Of a stretch of 64,000 bases of DNA, positions 1 through 12,726 are shown piece after piece (position 1 is the stretch's first letter; each line of letters starts with the position of its first letter). Source of the DNA: Octopus vulgaris (lineage: Eukaryota); assembly GCA_951406725.2 (NCBI GenBank), contig OX597831.1, positions 42,408,001 through 42,472,000 on the forward strand. The letters are read 5' to 3'. A program made the translations under genes and the position numbers. The notes under the pieces were generated by a model. It was not told the origin of the DNA. It did no database searches and saw only the letters and a program-made list of their open reading frames with translations.

Positions 1-92
1 ATATTACCTGACTTGGAAACAGGTAAGGGTCAGTGGGAGAAAGGGCCTCAGACCCACACCAGCATGGAAAAGTGAATGTTAAATGATGATGT
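1..92 (+). mobile_element. 3' end of RTE-tailed SINE-like repeat (family D variant)
   Basis: ATATTACCT..TTGGAAACAGG..AGCATGGAAAAGTG..GTTAAATGATGATG. The same motif string recurs at 4600-4830(-), 5990-6100(+), 41330-41450(+), 43270-43395(+) and 59110-59260(-). Confidence 0.7.
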
Positions 93-869
93 GTATTAAC
101 GTTCTATACTCATGTAGTACTGCAATCATATGTTACTCTGCTTATGTGGGCTATTCTCATGTGGTTCTTCATTTACATGACAAACAACGAGAAACATTTT
201 TAAGCCATTTCCTTTGTTAAACCAGTGATTAGCTTTACAAGCCTCCCTTTTGTTTGATCGTCTACATGCTCCTCACCAACCCTTAGCCCTCATTTCCCCC
301 TACATCATCTGTAGCCAAACATTTTCATGCTTCTCCTTTCTCTACTTCCTTCCACATTAATTTACATCAGTCCACCCTTCTTTAGCACATGACTCAGCCA
401 TTTCATCCTATTTCTCTTTGCAACATTCATCAATTCCTATCATCCTCTGCATTTCATTGTTTATCTTCTTTTTTTTTTTTTCAGCAGTCATCTGCTCACC
501 CACCAAACTATTGTCATTCCCATTGTTTCCAGCTTTCTCTGCTGCTCACGCAGTATTATATTCTTGTAGAAATCATACTCTTTTGTTAGACATATAAAAT
601 GGTTTATAAATAGAAATTTTGTGTTGTTCAATAATCAGCTCTTCTTGGATAACATCCACACTACACTGCCACACAGTTATGAGAAGTTTGTATATTTTTG
701 TCTCAGAGTTAAGAGTTAAATTTGACTTCTACTAATGACTTTCTCATTATCAATTTTTACATATCTTCAAAACTAGGTTCTTAAAACAGTGGCTCTTATT
801 TTAAAAGCTGATAGGTTTCACACCAGACCAACTTTGCTTTCTAAATCTGCTGGGCTAAGTCTGTCCATA

Positions 870-1145
870 ATTTATTATTACTGTATTGTCCGATTGTTGG
901 GTGTTGTTACACACTGCTTGTCACAATGTACTTCCTTGCATTGTTTTAGTGTTTGAATGATGCCACCCTGCTGGCTAGGCAGGAAGGTCAACATTCTCCC
1001 ACTACGAAATTGCATTGCAGTCCATTGCAAGGTCACCAATATATAACCACATGTTTTGCTCAAGAACACAACATATACCTTCTATGGGAATTGAAACCAT
1101 GATCTTGTGATCATGAGTACAATACCCTAACCACTAGGCTACATG
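870..1145 (-). mobile_element. tRNA-derived SINE (family C), degenerate
   Basis: Reverse complement reads TAGCCTAGTGGTTAGGGTATTG..GGTTTCAATTCCC..TGTTCTTGAGCAAAACA, i.e. Pol III A/B boxes plus the core shared with 17586-17908. Confidence 0.65.
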
Positions 1146-1489
1146 TTTTCACATAATATATTATAATTTATTCAATTCTCTGTATATTTTTTCTCCATCA
1201 TGAAATTTGCCTTGAGTAATAAGCAACTACATCAAAGCTTTTGCAATGGCCTGATGGATGGTAATTTTCTTCAGACCTGAAAGGGTTCTTTGTTTCTTTC
1301 TTGAAACTAGAAACCCTGTTTCTAAGATAAGAACTGATACAGGTTGAACACTAGTTCATCATTTTCAGGCATGAAACTCCACACCACCATCTAATTTTCT
1401 CGTTATACCATGTCTTCGCTTGGCTGAAGACCACATTGCTCACTTCAAAATACAGCAATATATTGTGAGCTTTGATACAGTTGCTATAT

Positions 1490-1697
1490 CGTCATCGTCA
1501 TCATCATCATCATCATGATCATTTAATGTCTGCTTTCCATGCTGGCATGAGGAGGACAGCTTGACTGGAGCTGGAAAGGCTAGGGGCTGCACCAGGCTCT
1601 ATTGTCTATTCTGGCATTGTGTCTGTGGTTGGATGCCTAGTGCCAATCCCTCCACAGAGTGTACTGGGTGCTTTTTATGTGGCACCAGCACTGGTGT
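1490..1697 (-). mobile_element. RTE-tailed repeat (family D)
   Basis: (CAT)n followed by TTTAATGTCTGCTTTCCATGCTGGCATG..GCTGCACCAGGCTC; matches the 3' UTR and tail of the RTE fragment at 40680-40790. Confidence 0.7.
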
Positions 1698-1928
1698 CAA
1701 TTCTGCTGTGAGAAATTTCCGTCACATTCTACTTCTCAGTATCTTGAAAATGGGTGTAATATATTGGGATCAAGGTGTTGATAGTAAGTGATTGATGGTG
1801 GTGCCTTCAAAGAGAAACTGATGTGGAATAAATATAGAAGGACAATTTTATTAGTCTTTTGAGACACTCCTATTTTGAGGCACTCCTATTCCTCATTCTA
1901 TCTCCACTGCTTAACCTGTTGGCTTTGG

Positions 1929-2158
1929 TTAACCATTTGACATTCAAATTACTTTGTCAAATGTAATGGTTATTTATTCACATTGTTTTGAATTAATCAT
2001 GCATTATCTTGTAGCTTCGAAACTTCAGTGATCTGATTGTTTATTTTTAGAGTGACATTGTATGGTAGGTGTGAGAGGTCGGATCAAGTCAGTTTGCATG
2101 TAAAACTGGCTAGAATATTTTGGGTTAGACATGGCCAGTTTAAATGCTTAAAGGTTGA
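1929..2158. mobile_element. piggyBac-type MITE, family M1 (~228 bp)
   Basis: Ends TTAACCATTT..AAAGGTTGA (degenerate TTAA-CCCT..AGGG-TTAA). The same body occurs at 19580-19803, 46627-46856 and 60008-60234. Confidence 0.7.
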
Positions 2159-2416
2159 AATGGCCTTCGTAATAATTCCATTGTGTATTGTCTACTATTT
2201 AAAACTAAAATTAAAGTTCGCCTTTAATGGATGTGTCTTCCTCCCCTCTCTCTTTATAGCTTTTCTTCTTTATACACACACATACATATGCACATGCACC
2301 ACAATATATTTTTTTTTCTTCACCGGTTCTTTAATTCTTCTGGCTCTTATAAAAGTTTCAAGTTTCTGTATGAAGTAGAGAAGAATTAGTATGTTTTTTC
2401 TGGATTGGAGTGATCC

Positions 2417-2646
2417 TTAATCCTTTTGATATCAACCCACCTGAGACCACCCCTGGTTCTATGATAAAAACTTCCTGTTTTAAAGTGATCTGGATTTAAA
2501 AACCTTTCATATAAATTTCATAATTTAAGTTTCAAACACTAGCTCATAATGACAGTTATTTTTACTAATTTTTTCGTCATCATTTTCAAAATTAATTGAA
2601 ACAAGGGCAGTGTATTTCCATAGAAATATAGTAATGAAATGGTTAA
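2417..2646. mobile_element. piggyBac-type MITE, family M2 (~230 bp)
   Basis: TTAATCCTTTTGATATCAACCC..AAATGGTTAA. Homologous copies at 6974-7194, 14478-14712, 14814-14868 (partial), 54099-56051 and ~57170-57332. Confidence 0.7.
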
Positions 2647-4337
2647 TCCAACTTCCATGCAATATATCCACACACACACACATAAACACACACATACATT
2701 CACACTCACTCTCTCACTCTTTCTCTCTCTCTCTTTGATGACTGTTCTTCAGTTCTGCTGCCTCTTACAGACATTTTAAGCATCTCAAGTTTTGATATCA
2801 AGTAGTGTGTTTTTCTGGATTGGTCCTTAATCCAACTTTCTCACAGACACTTGTGCATGCACACACGTACAAATACACAGCACTCTTTAATTTCATTATA
2901 TTTTGTTCAGAAACTCCATCAACTTCCGACAAAAGATCTAAAGTGTTCTTCAGATACATACACACCATTATTGCATTTACAACATCTGTAATGTATAATG
3001 TTTGAAATAACGAAACCTGACATGATTCTTTCACATTTTCTCAATGTCTGAGTCAGATATGCCCAGCTCCCATTCCTAGCTTGGAAGAATAATTTTTAGA
3101 AGTATTTTTATAGTATACCATAATGTATAATGGCGTTGATTATTTTTTTTTTACCCCAGGTTTGCTCTGGTTGAGCAAAGTAAACCTAGTGTTTACTCTT
3201 CTTGTCTCAGTTGTTGGACTGTGGCCATGCTGGGGCACCATTGATAGCTCAGATCTGTAATGAAAGTTTTGTTCTTCATTTATTCATGTACTTTTCACCT
3301 GCTTCATGTTTTCCAGCTGTAAGAAAGTGGCTTGTAAAATGGGTTTAATCAGTCTGGCTGAATTTTCTTTTGTCTTGCTATATGAAGAAAAAAGCATCTT
3401 TGTGCTGACCCTGTAACTTGATTATGGTGTGAAGGCATTTTCATTTCAACACTCATTCACACACCAAAAAAACAAAAGAAAAAAAAAGAAAAGGAAGAAA
3501 AAAAGAGAAATCTGTGTCTTAAATAGCAAGGGTTCAAACAAATATTTATATTAGTAAGATTTTTAGAAATTTCTTTCATTGGAGATCAATGTTTGATTAG
3601 TGAATCAGTGAAATTTAAGTTCTGAGCTTAATGTATCTAATTTGCCAAAAGAAAAAAAAAAATTCTAAAATGACATTGAACTCTTGAAATCACTCTCTCT
3701 CTGTCTCTCTCCCCTCTCTCCCCTCTCTCTCTCTCACTCACATGCATGCACATTCATTGGGGTGTCTGCTTAGTTAATATAACGCTTGGGTAGATGGATG
3801 TGTTTTGAAGTGACCAGGAAACTAAAATACATATTCTTTCCATTCATCAGTTTAAGTTAGGAAGGAGAGAGAAAAATAAAACTAAGATATTTTTGACACA
3901 GCTTCATTCAGCTACAAAAATAATACTTAAATTATCTCAGGGATGATAATTAAATTATCCTCAGGGATAAGAAAGAAAAAAAAAAACCAACACAATATTA
4001 GCTGTAAAATGTGAAGTCATTACTTATACATATTCAGAATATATATTTGTATACATTAATTATTTACTGTAGTTATATATACTGTCTGGAGTCCATTATA
4101 AATCATAAAGGTGATTTTAAGTGTATTATGCAATCTCTATTGATTTGATAAGGTAATCTACCTATAAGATTTTCCTTACATGATGAATATTATTATTAAT
4201 GAAATGTGTGTAAGATGATATAACTAATTTAAGAACAAAGTCACCTGTTTTTTTTTTTTCTTCTATATGTATTCTGATTTTTCTAACTGTAAAGAGATCA
4301 GGGAAGGGAAACAAGGACCATAATTCAACTACTCCTG

Positions 4338-4586
4338 AAAAGATGGGGTGGTCGTGGTTGGAATTTCTTTGGTCATAGATCTGCTTGATCAGGATTGACC
4401 TGGGGCTATATAGCAACACCAGATTTAGCAGGGTGACTAAAAGCAGACAGATGGGTCGTGAAGTATGTGGAGGCAGTCAAAATTGTTGTGTACTTGGTTG
4501 TCGTGAAATTATTGTCAGGTCTTAAATCAACCATAGCCAATCAGACCTATGATCTAAAGCTTTCCAACCACGATCATTCCACTTTT
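4338..4586. repeat. Inverted pair of copies of a dispersed repeat (CAGACCTATGATCAAAG..TTCCAACCACGA family)
   Basis: 4338-4390 (AAAGATGGGGTGGTCGTGGTTGGAA..GGTCATAGATCTG) is the approximate reverse complement of 4540-4586 (CAGACCTATGATC..TTCCAACCACGATCATTCCACTTTT). Another copy lies at ~34680-34760. Confidence 0.6.
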
Positions 4587-4599
4587 ATATATGTATATA

Positions 4600-5013
4600 C
4601 ATCATCAACTCATCATTTAACATCCAGTTTTCCATGCTTGCACAGGTCAGATGAAATTTGTTGTGGCAGACTTTTTTAGAGCTGGGATGCCTTTCTGTTG
4701 CCAACACTCTCCTGTTTCCAAGCAAGGTAATATTTCTATATGGCCGGACATATTTCTCATAGGAAACTGGAAATGAACAGCCATGCTTGTATGACAGTGA
4801 TGCTCATTTACAACCATCATTTGATGTTAGGGCAAGGGTATGTGTGTACATGCACACACACATGCGGTTTCTTTTCAGTTTCTGTCACCACATCCACCCA
4901 CAAGGCTTTGGTGGACCCTGTGCTATAGTAGAAGACACCCAAGGTGCCATGCAGTGGGAATGACTCCAAGACCACATGGTCGGGGAGCAAATTTTGAACC
5001 ACACAGCTATGCC
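4600..5013 (-). mobile_element. Composite SINE: family A tRNA head + (CA)n + family D RTE-type tail
   Basis: 4865-5013 is the reverse complement of the family A 5' half; 4600-4830 is the reverse complement of the D-variant tail. Confidence 0.6.
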
Positions 5014-5729
5014 TCCATCTTACTGTTCCTTTATATTAAAATATTAGGTTGTGTTTGTAGTATTTAGAGGAGATTTGGTTGCTATTTTTAGCTGGCGGAA
5101 TGACCACATAGACTCCCCCTTGCAGAGGAGGGGCATATGAATTTGATTTCACAAACTGTATTTTATTCATAAAGCATACAAGTAAATAAAGTGATAGATG
5201 CGATTTCTTAATGAAAGTGAAAATCGAATCAGATGACGATGTTGGTGATGATAGCGGCAGTGGTAGTGTTGATGGTGGTGGTGGTGGTGGTGGGGTGCAG
5301 ATATAAGAAACATAGGAAAATAAAAAAAAAAAGCATTGAACATTGTTGCTCTTTTGTGGATTGTCAACTAGGCTGCATGTCATACGAAGCTGTGGAAGAC
5401 AGTAGAGGAGGAAATTGTTGTGCATTTGAAATAATCCTTGTGGCAATTGATGTCATATCTGCTCATTGTTTTATTTACACTGATGCTCATCTACAAAGCT
5501 TTATTGATCACTCCTACATTATTGGTTGGTCATGGAGAAAAGAAGGTAGACGTAGCTGTAGGTGGAGTATACTAGATTATAGAGAATTCATTCCAGTGTT
5601 CATGACACAACCAATCTTATCTTTTATTCAAACAGTTTTATTATCATCAAAGACTGTTTTATCCAATGTTTACTTTATATATAATGTAGATGTATAAGGA
5701 TATGAAAATGTCATTGAAAGACAACAGTC

Positions 5730-6102
5730 ATGGCTGTGTGGTTAAGAAGTTTGCATTCCAACCACATGGTTTTGGGTTCAGTTGTACAATGCACCACCTT
5801 GGGCCAACTAAAGCCTTGTGAGTAGATTAGGTAGATGGAAACTGAAAGAAGCATGGCATATTTGTGTGTATGTGTGTGTGTGTGCGTGTGTTTTGCTTTC
5901 TCCTTGGCATTGCTTAATATTCGTAAGCGTGTGTCACCATCATGCAAGTGGTGTCTCTCATTCCAAATCTTCCTTGAAAACATGTCTGGTCGTGGGAAAA
6001 TATTACCTTACTTGGAAACAGGGGAGGGTTGGTGACAGGAAAAGCATCTGAGTGTAGAATATCTGCTTCAACAAATTCCATCTGACCCACACAAACATGG
6101 AA
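5730..6102 (+). mobile_element. Composite SINE: family A head + (TG)n + D-variant tail
   Basis: TGGCTGTGTGGTTAAGAAG..GGGTTCAGT..CCTTGGGC, then ATATTACCTTACTTGGAAACAGG..AAATTCCATCTGACCCA. Confidence 0.65.
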
Positions 6103-6108
6103 GTATAC

Positions 6109-6159
<51 letters not shown>

Positions 6160-6973
6160 AGTGATTAATAAGGGATTATCAATCCGGGCAAAATACTTCA
6201 CAAGCTCTCTGTTTATACAAATACATCAGGCTACTCTGATCGAGTAAATGGAACCATGAAAGCACTTGTAATACATATCAGAAACAGCCGTGAGTGAAAA
6301 ATGCATAAATAAATATGTAAAACTCATTATTTATGCCTTTTATCTCTCTCTCTCTCTCTCTCTCTCACTCACACACACACACAAAACGGAATAAGAAGGT
6401 AATGGATGACAATAAAAGCATACGGACAGATGATACAAAGACAGACAGGGAAAACCCAGGACAGATCATTCATGGCTCTCTTTTCATCAGTCACACTTCC
6501 AATTATCATTACAGTTTCAGCCTATTACACTTGAGACTGTTCAAAATTCGTAGGCCTAAAAAATCTAAGTGAAGAGCATTAAATTTTTGGAAGAAAGCAA
6601 GCGAATGTATACAACAACACACAAAAAAATGAGAAAATGGTTACAAATACAAATAACAAGAGAATAACAACAGGTGTCTTTCGACTAATAAGGACAAGCT
6701 AAGTTAAGCTGGTATGTGGAATGAAAGCTTTGGGGCAAAAACATAGATGAAAGTCAGGAGACAGGAAAATAAAGTGTAGTCAGGCTGAGAAAGAAGGATC
6801 ATGCTTGGCTGAACACAGTAGGTTGTGATTTGAGGGAGTTTTGAATGTTATTTCTAGCTTATTGAACAACCACTGTGAGCCACAATTCCAAACAGGATTT
6901 CAGTGGGGAAATTGTTTTTAGGTTGAAATATTCACGCTTGATTTTACTAGATTTATTTGCCTAAATGTTGACT

Positions 6974-7194
6974 TTAAGCCCTTTGATACCAACCCACTTG
7001 CAACCACCTCTGATTTTATGATACTAACTGCCTGTTTAAAGCGATCTGAATTAAAATTTTTTAATCAAAATTTCATGTTAATTTATGTTTCAAACCCCTT
7101 TTTTAATATTGGCAAAATTATTTGATTAAATTCTTCATTATTTTCAAAATTCAGCTGTGTATTTCAACAGAAAAAAATTGTAGCAAAAGGGTTA
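6974..7194. mobile_element. piggyBac-type MITE, family M2
   Basis: TTAAGCCCTTTGATACCAACCC..AAAAGGGTTAA. Confidence 0.7.
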
Positions 7195-7776
7195 AAGATG
7201 TGAATGTTGTATTAATAGTAGGCTGTCGATATTATGTAATAAATTATGTTGTTTATAAGACATTTTTTTTCTTACCATATGTCTGGAGGGAATCAAGGTG
7301 GAAGAACTAGTAAAGTGGAGATATAGAAATAAAAGAAAAAAAAGATGTTTAAGAAACAGACTTAGCAGCTTTGTCATTGATTTGAGAATGAGATATATTG
7401 CATGTGTATGAGTGTAAATCTATGATTTTTGCCTCTTTTTGCATCTTGATTAAAGTTAGAATGCTATTCAATAACTGTCCATGCATCAATGTAAACCTTT
7501 CAAATATGAGGAAATTAAAATAATCTCAAAGCAAATTAAAATGACCTTGAAACAAATTAAAACTGTAGATATTTAGATAAAACATACTAGAAGTCTGTTT
7601 TTGAATTATTTGAACTTAGGTGATTCGTTTTAAATTTGAATTAATTTCAGCATTTGACTTAAGCATACAGTGCTTATGAATGATGAAAGTAAGTTTTGAG
7701 TAAGCCTCAGAGAAACATTAGCTTGTTTCAAGCTACAAGTATTGGTATTTCTCGAGTGTGTGCTGCTCTCTGATAG

Positions 7777-7861
7777 ATTTGTGGTCAAGCCTGTGGCAGT
7801 GGTGTTCTTGATGCCTGGACTACATCCCCGCTCACTGCGATCAAGGCAGAGATGACTATCT
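7777..7861 (+). CDS. Candidate internal exon, 85 nt (phase-0 reading ICGQACGSGVLDAWTTSPLTAIKAEMTI); product unknown
   Basis: Non-repetitive GC-richer island between TGCTCTCTGATAG| and |GTAAGT; only one frame is open. No protein homology recognised. Confidence 0.2.
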
Positions 7862-8493
7862 GTAAGTGTGAGTCCCCATGAGCCAGAGTGACTGCAGGTC
7901 CAGTGCATCTCCCTTGCCATCCTCCAGGGCTACACCGTTTCTATTTTGTCCACTGGGACCATAAGGCAGACTGACAAGCCTTATGTCTATTAAATATGAT
8001 GTTTATTAGCACAACAGTCTAATCTATTGTTCTCAGTTTTCCTCCCATTAGAGGAGCTTTACACCTTTTTTTTGTATCCTGCCTGTATTCACTTCTCTAG
8101 TATTATCATTTTGGAAACAGAAAACAACTGAGATCCAATATAAGAAGTCTGCACTTCAAAATTGTATGCATGTACTCCCTACCTCTGAATAAGAGGAAGA
8201 TTTGGAATCTTAAAACGCAAAACAAATAACAGCATATAATTAGGTACCCAGAGATTGTGCGTTATATTTGCACTGCAAAGGTGTCTGAATATATTGAGGG
8301 ATTTGTTCATTGTTTAAACAAATGCCTACAGTGAACATCAAGGAGTCTGTTAGAGAGTTTATATTTTATCTTGATATGAAAATGATTTCATGGAAGCAAG
8401 TGCATTTACAACCTGTGTTTTGTTACTGTGTTTGTATTCCTAAAACAGACGATTCTTGAAAGAGGTTTTGACTCTTGTTCAAGATGTCGCAGT

Positions 8494-8885
8494 ATGGCTG
8501 TGTGGTTAAGAATCTTGCTTTGCAACCTAGTCATTTCATGTCCAGTCCTAGTGAACAGCACTTTGGGCAAGTGTCTTCTACCATTGCCCTGGGATGACCG
8601 ATACCTTGTTAGTGAATTTGGTTGGTGGAAATTGTGTGAAAGTCCATCATGTGTGTGTGTCTCTTTGTCTCTCTCACTATCTCTCTCTCTCACTATTTCT
8701 CTCTCTCTCTGTCACTTCATCACAACCACCACTACTTGACAACTGTAACTTAACAGGTCAGTAAAAAGAACAATAGATAAGGACAAGATAAAAAAGAAAA
8801 GCATTACAGGGGGTTGGTTTGACTAAAATCCTACAGATGGTACCCCAGCATGGCCTCAATCCACTGACTGAAACAATTAAAAGAT
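8494..8885 (+). mobile_element. tRNA-derived SINE, family A, degenerate near-full-length copy
   Basis: TGGCTGTGTGG head, TTGGGCAAGTGTCTTCTA core, CCCCAGCATGGCC..ACTGAAACAA tail. Confidence 0.7.
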
Positions 8886-9474
8886 GAAAAATAGATTGAA
8901 AGTAAACTAAAAGTAATATATGATTTGTTAGTTAAAGATAAAGGCATTGAAAATATATGATTTAATTGTATTATTTAATTAGAAGAAGTATAACCTACTT
9001 TGAGATTATTTTTGATTTATTTCAAAATCATTTTAATTTGCTTTATTACCATTTTAATTTACTATGGAATTATTTTAATTTGTGATTAAAAAAAATTTGT
9101 TTTTTGTTAATTCATCATCAAATTCTGTGAATCTCAATAAATATTCTAAGGCATAATATTTTGCATGTGTTCCCAAGTTTTTTGTATGGTTTCATTTATA
9201 CCTGCCTGCACATCTCATGTCACACGATCATGCTAGGATAGATGTCACACCTGCTACTTTATTTCAGCCATTGACGCAGTAGTTTTGCTGTTTCTTTAGC
9301 AGATTCTGATTGGTCTTTTTTAGATACTTGATTGCATAACCTGCAAAACTATTGTCTTTTTCGAGGCAAACATATGTATTGGCACATGCACATGTGTGTG
9401 TGTCTGTGTGATTACATATGTTTAAATGTTCTAGCTTCTCAATGAAAGAGGAAGAAAGTACACAATACTTGTAT

Positions 9475-9672
9475 AATCATCATCATCATCGTTTAAAACC
9501 GTTTTCCATGCTAGCATGGGTTGGACGGTTTGACAGGGGTCTGGGAAGCCAGGAGGCTGCGCCAGGCTCCAGTCTGATCTGGCAGTGTTTCTACGGCTGG
9601 ATGCCCATCCTACTGCCAACAACTCTGTAGTGGGTGCGGCTGGCAATGGCCATGATCGGTTGGTGCTTTTCA
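9475..9672 (-). mobile_element. RTE-tailed repeat (family D)
   Basis: (CAT)nCGTTTAAAACCGTTTTCCATGCTAGCATGGGTTGGACGG; close to 61385-61540. Confidence 0.75.
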
Positions 9673-9921
9673 CATGATTTATTTATTGCCATTTAGGTTT
9701 CATGCCTCTCTAATTTCCAAGAGTAAGAATTGCAGTACATGAATCACGAGTGAAAGATAATAAGTGTGTGTGTATGTCTGTCTGTGTGTGCATAAATGAA
9801 TGTATGTATGTGTGCATGCATGTTTGTGTGTGCACATACGCATGAGTGTTTGTGTGCATGCATGTGTGTGCCTGTGTGCACGTTCATACAGATGCATGAG
9901 TGTGTGTGTTTGGCATGAGTA

Positions 9922-10765
9922 TAGCAGTGTGGTTAAGAAGCTCATCTTACACCACATGATTCCAGGTTCAGTCGCACTGTGTGGCACCTTGGGCAAGTGT
10001 CTTCTATTACAGTCCCAGGCCAACCAATGCTTTATAAGTTTGGTTGATAGAAGCTGTGTGGAAACCTGTTATACATATGTATATATACTTGTGTCCATAT
10101 TTGAAATAAGCATCAGAATAACTCTCTTACTGATGAAAATAATCATCTAAATGTCATCAGAAAGGCCAAGGGAGATCAGCCAGACATTTTGATTAATTAA
10201 AATTTAATATAGAATGCCATGGGAGAGTGAGTCTCATTGAAACTCTACACTAAGTGTCCAAGTGCATATTTTACTATTAAACCTTTTATGCAGTAAGTAT
10301 CCCTGGGCATCCTCTCACTCTAGTCACTCTTTCAAGTGGTAATTTGTAATTGTCATATTATTTTCTCTAGTCATCAAAGAACTGCAACAGTTGAAAGACT
10401 GTTTCTCTGAAGAGGTTCAATAAGACTGGAACATGTCCATAGTTGTCACTGTAATGACTTAATAACTGCTTTAATCCTAGTTATGATTGAAGATGTATAT
10501 ATATAAGAAGCCTGTCGTATATATGTATATATATATAAGTGTGTGTGTGTATATGTTTGTGTGTCTGTGTTTGTCCCTCTAGCATTGCTTGACAACCGAT
10601 GCTGGTGTGTTTACGTCCATGTCACTTAGCGGTTCGGCAAAAGAGACCGATAGAATAAGTACTGGGCTTACAAAGAATAAGTCCCGGGGTCGATTTGCTC
10701 GACTAAAGGCGGTGCTCCAGCATGGCCGCAGTCAAATGACTGAAACAAGTAAAAGAGAAGAAGAG
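9922..10765 (+). mobile_element. Family A SINE halves (9922-10085 and 10505-10765) around a ~410-bp Penelope-like fragment in the internal (TA)n
   Basis: Both halves match 57353-57762. The intervening 10090-10500 carries a decayed hammerhead-like motif at 10397-10445. Confidence 0.6.
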
Positions 10766-10821
10766 AGAATATTTAGCTGCAAGAAAATAATACAGTTGAG
10801 CATCCGTTATACTTCATAGGT

Positions 10822-11135
10822 CAGGTGTGGCTGTTTGGTAAGAAGCTTGCCTCCCAACCACATGGTTCTGGGTTCAGTCCCACTGTGTGGCATCTTGGAC
10901 AAAGCCTTGTGAGTGGATTTGGCAAATGGAAACTGAAAGAAGCCCATCGTATATATATGTGTGTTTGCATTTATGTCCCTGTAACTTAGCGATGTGACAA
11001 GAGACCAATAGAATAAAAATAAAACAAATATGTACCAGGGGTCGATTCATTCAACTAAAATTTCATCAAGGTGGTTCCCCAGCATGGCTTTAGTCTAGTG
11101 ACTGAAACAAAAAAAAAAAAGGAAAAAATTAAAGA
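10822..11135 (+). mobile_element. tRNA-derived SINE, family A, internally deleted
   Basis: A box TGGCTGTTTGG, B box GGTTCAGTCCC, tail CCCCAGCATGGC..ACTGAAACAA. Confidence 0.75.
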
Positions 11136-11532
11136 TACAGTAAGGTTACTCATGTATAATATAATGAATTGTAAAATGGATTGAGTTTATAAGTTAGTTG
11201 CATTTAATAACTTGCAATTAGAAGACAAATTCTTTTTCAAAAAGTGTTTAAAAAAAAAAATCTAAAAGTATTTTGTTTTTTGGTTGGTTAATTTTTTTTG
11301 CTATATGATTTTATCTTTGCATATGCATGAAATCAGATATTTTTTTTTTTTTTTGTTTTTTTTTTTGTATAAATTTGATTTCTCTCTTTATGCTTGCCTT
11401 CCATCAAATGCTTATTCTTCATTTTCATTATCTGAATATTCCCATGAATGGTTTCCTGTTTTATTCGCCCAAATTTTGTTCGACGATCAGAAGTGTGAAA
11501 CACGGTCACAAAATTTGAAGTTTCATCTTCAA

Positions 11533-11930
<398 letters not shown>

Positions 11931-12157
11931 GGGTCTTAAATTTTTACAAATTTACTACCTGTGGCCTAGCATGCATCAAAAGTCAATAGACAACTTATTA
12001 TTCAATATAAAATAGTGTACATTTAGACACAAAGCGAAATTACCTATAAGGGGCAATTTCTACATGCTAGGAGACAGTCAATACAACCCAAGACCACAAA
12101 AAAAAATTTAAGCAATTTCAAAGGGAATGAAAAATAAAAACTTTTACCTTGTTTTTA

Positions 12158-12245
12158 CGGTTATACCTATAGGCTTCGGATTTTTATAGCAAATAAAATA
12201 AAATAAAATAATTTAATTTACTAGGCAAAGCCTCTTCAGTAACCG
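12158..12245 (-). ncRNA. Type-I hammerhead-ribozyme-like motif (mirror copy)
   Basis: Minus strand reads CGGTTA-CTGAAGA-GGCTTT..AAATCC-GAAG-CCTATAGG-TA-TAACCG, with a perfect 6-bp stem I. Confidence 0.55.
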
Positions 12246-12300
12246 AGCCATCCAAGACTAACCTATAAATATGAGACTGATAGCACGTGTCTCATCTCTA

Positions 12301-12387
12301 TACGTTACTGAAGAGGATTTGCCTAGTAAATTAAATTATTTTATTTTATTTGCTATAAAAATCTGAAGCCTATAGGTATAACCGTAA
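12301..12387 (+). ncRNA. Type-I hammerhead-ribozyme-like motif (variant GAAG core)
   Basis: GTTA-CTGAAGA(12308-12314)-GGATTT..AAATCT-GAAG-CCTATAGG-TA-TAAC. Stems I, II and a palindromic stem III are all formable. Confidence 0.55.
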
Positions 12388-12529
12388 AAACAAGGTGAAA
12401 GTTTTTATTTTTCATTCCCTTTGAAATTGCTTAAATTTTTTTTTTTTTTGTGGTCTTCGGTTGTATTGACTGTTTCCTAGCGTGTAGAAATTGCCCATTA
12501 TAGGTAATTTCTCTTTGTGATTAAATGTA

Positions 12530-12585
<56 letters not shown>

Positions 12586-12681
12586 ACATATACATACACA
12601 CACTGCTTTCAATATTGAGTATTCTCTTTTATTTTCAATTCATGAAATACTGAAATCTTTATATGCAAGTGTTAGTATATG

Positions 12682-12726
<45 letters not shown>

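Larger units (their letters stand above)
12012..12535. mobile_element. ~520-bp fold-back element (two ~230-bp inverted arms, ~60-bp spacer), Penelope-like terminal repeat
   Basis: 12012-12244 is the near-perfect reverse complement of 12304-12535; it lies between (TA)n tracts and each arm holds a hammerhead-like motif. A related terminal segment is at 63395-63490. Confidence 0.75.

Noticed and set aside
5233-5697. 154-aa ORF with an apparent transmembrane segment and basic stop-transfer
   Set aside because: The hydrophobic stretch comes from a (GGT/GAT)n repeat and the Lys run from poly-A.
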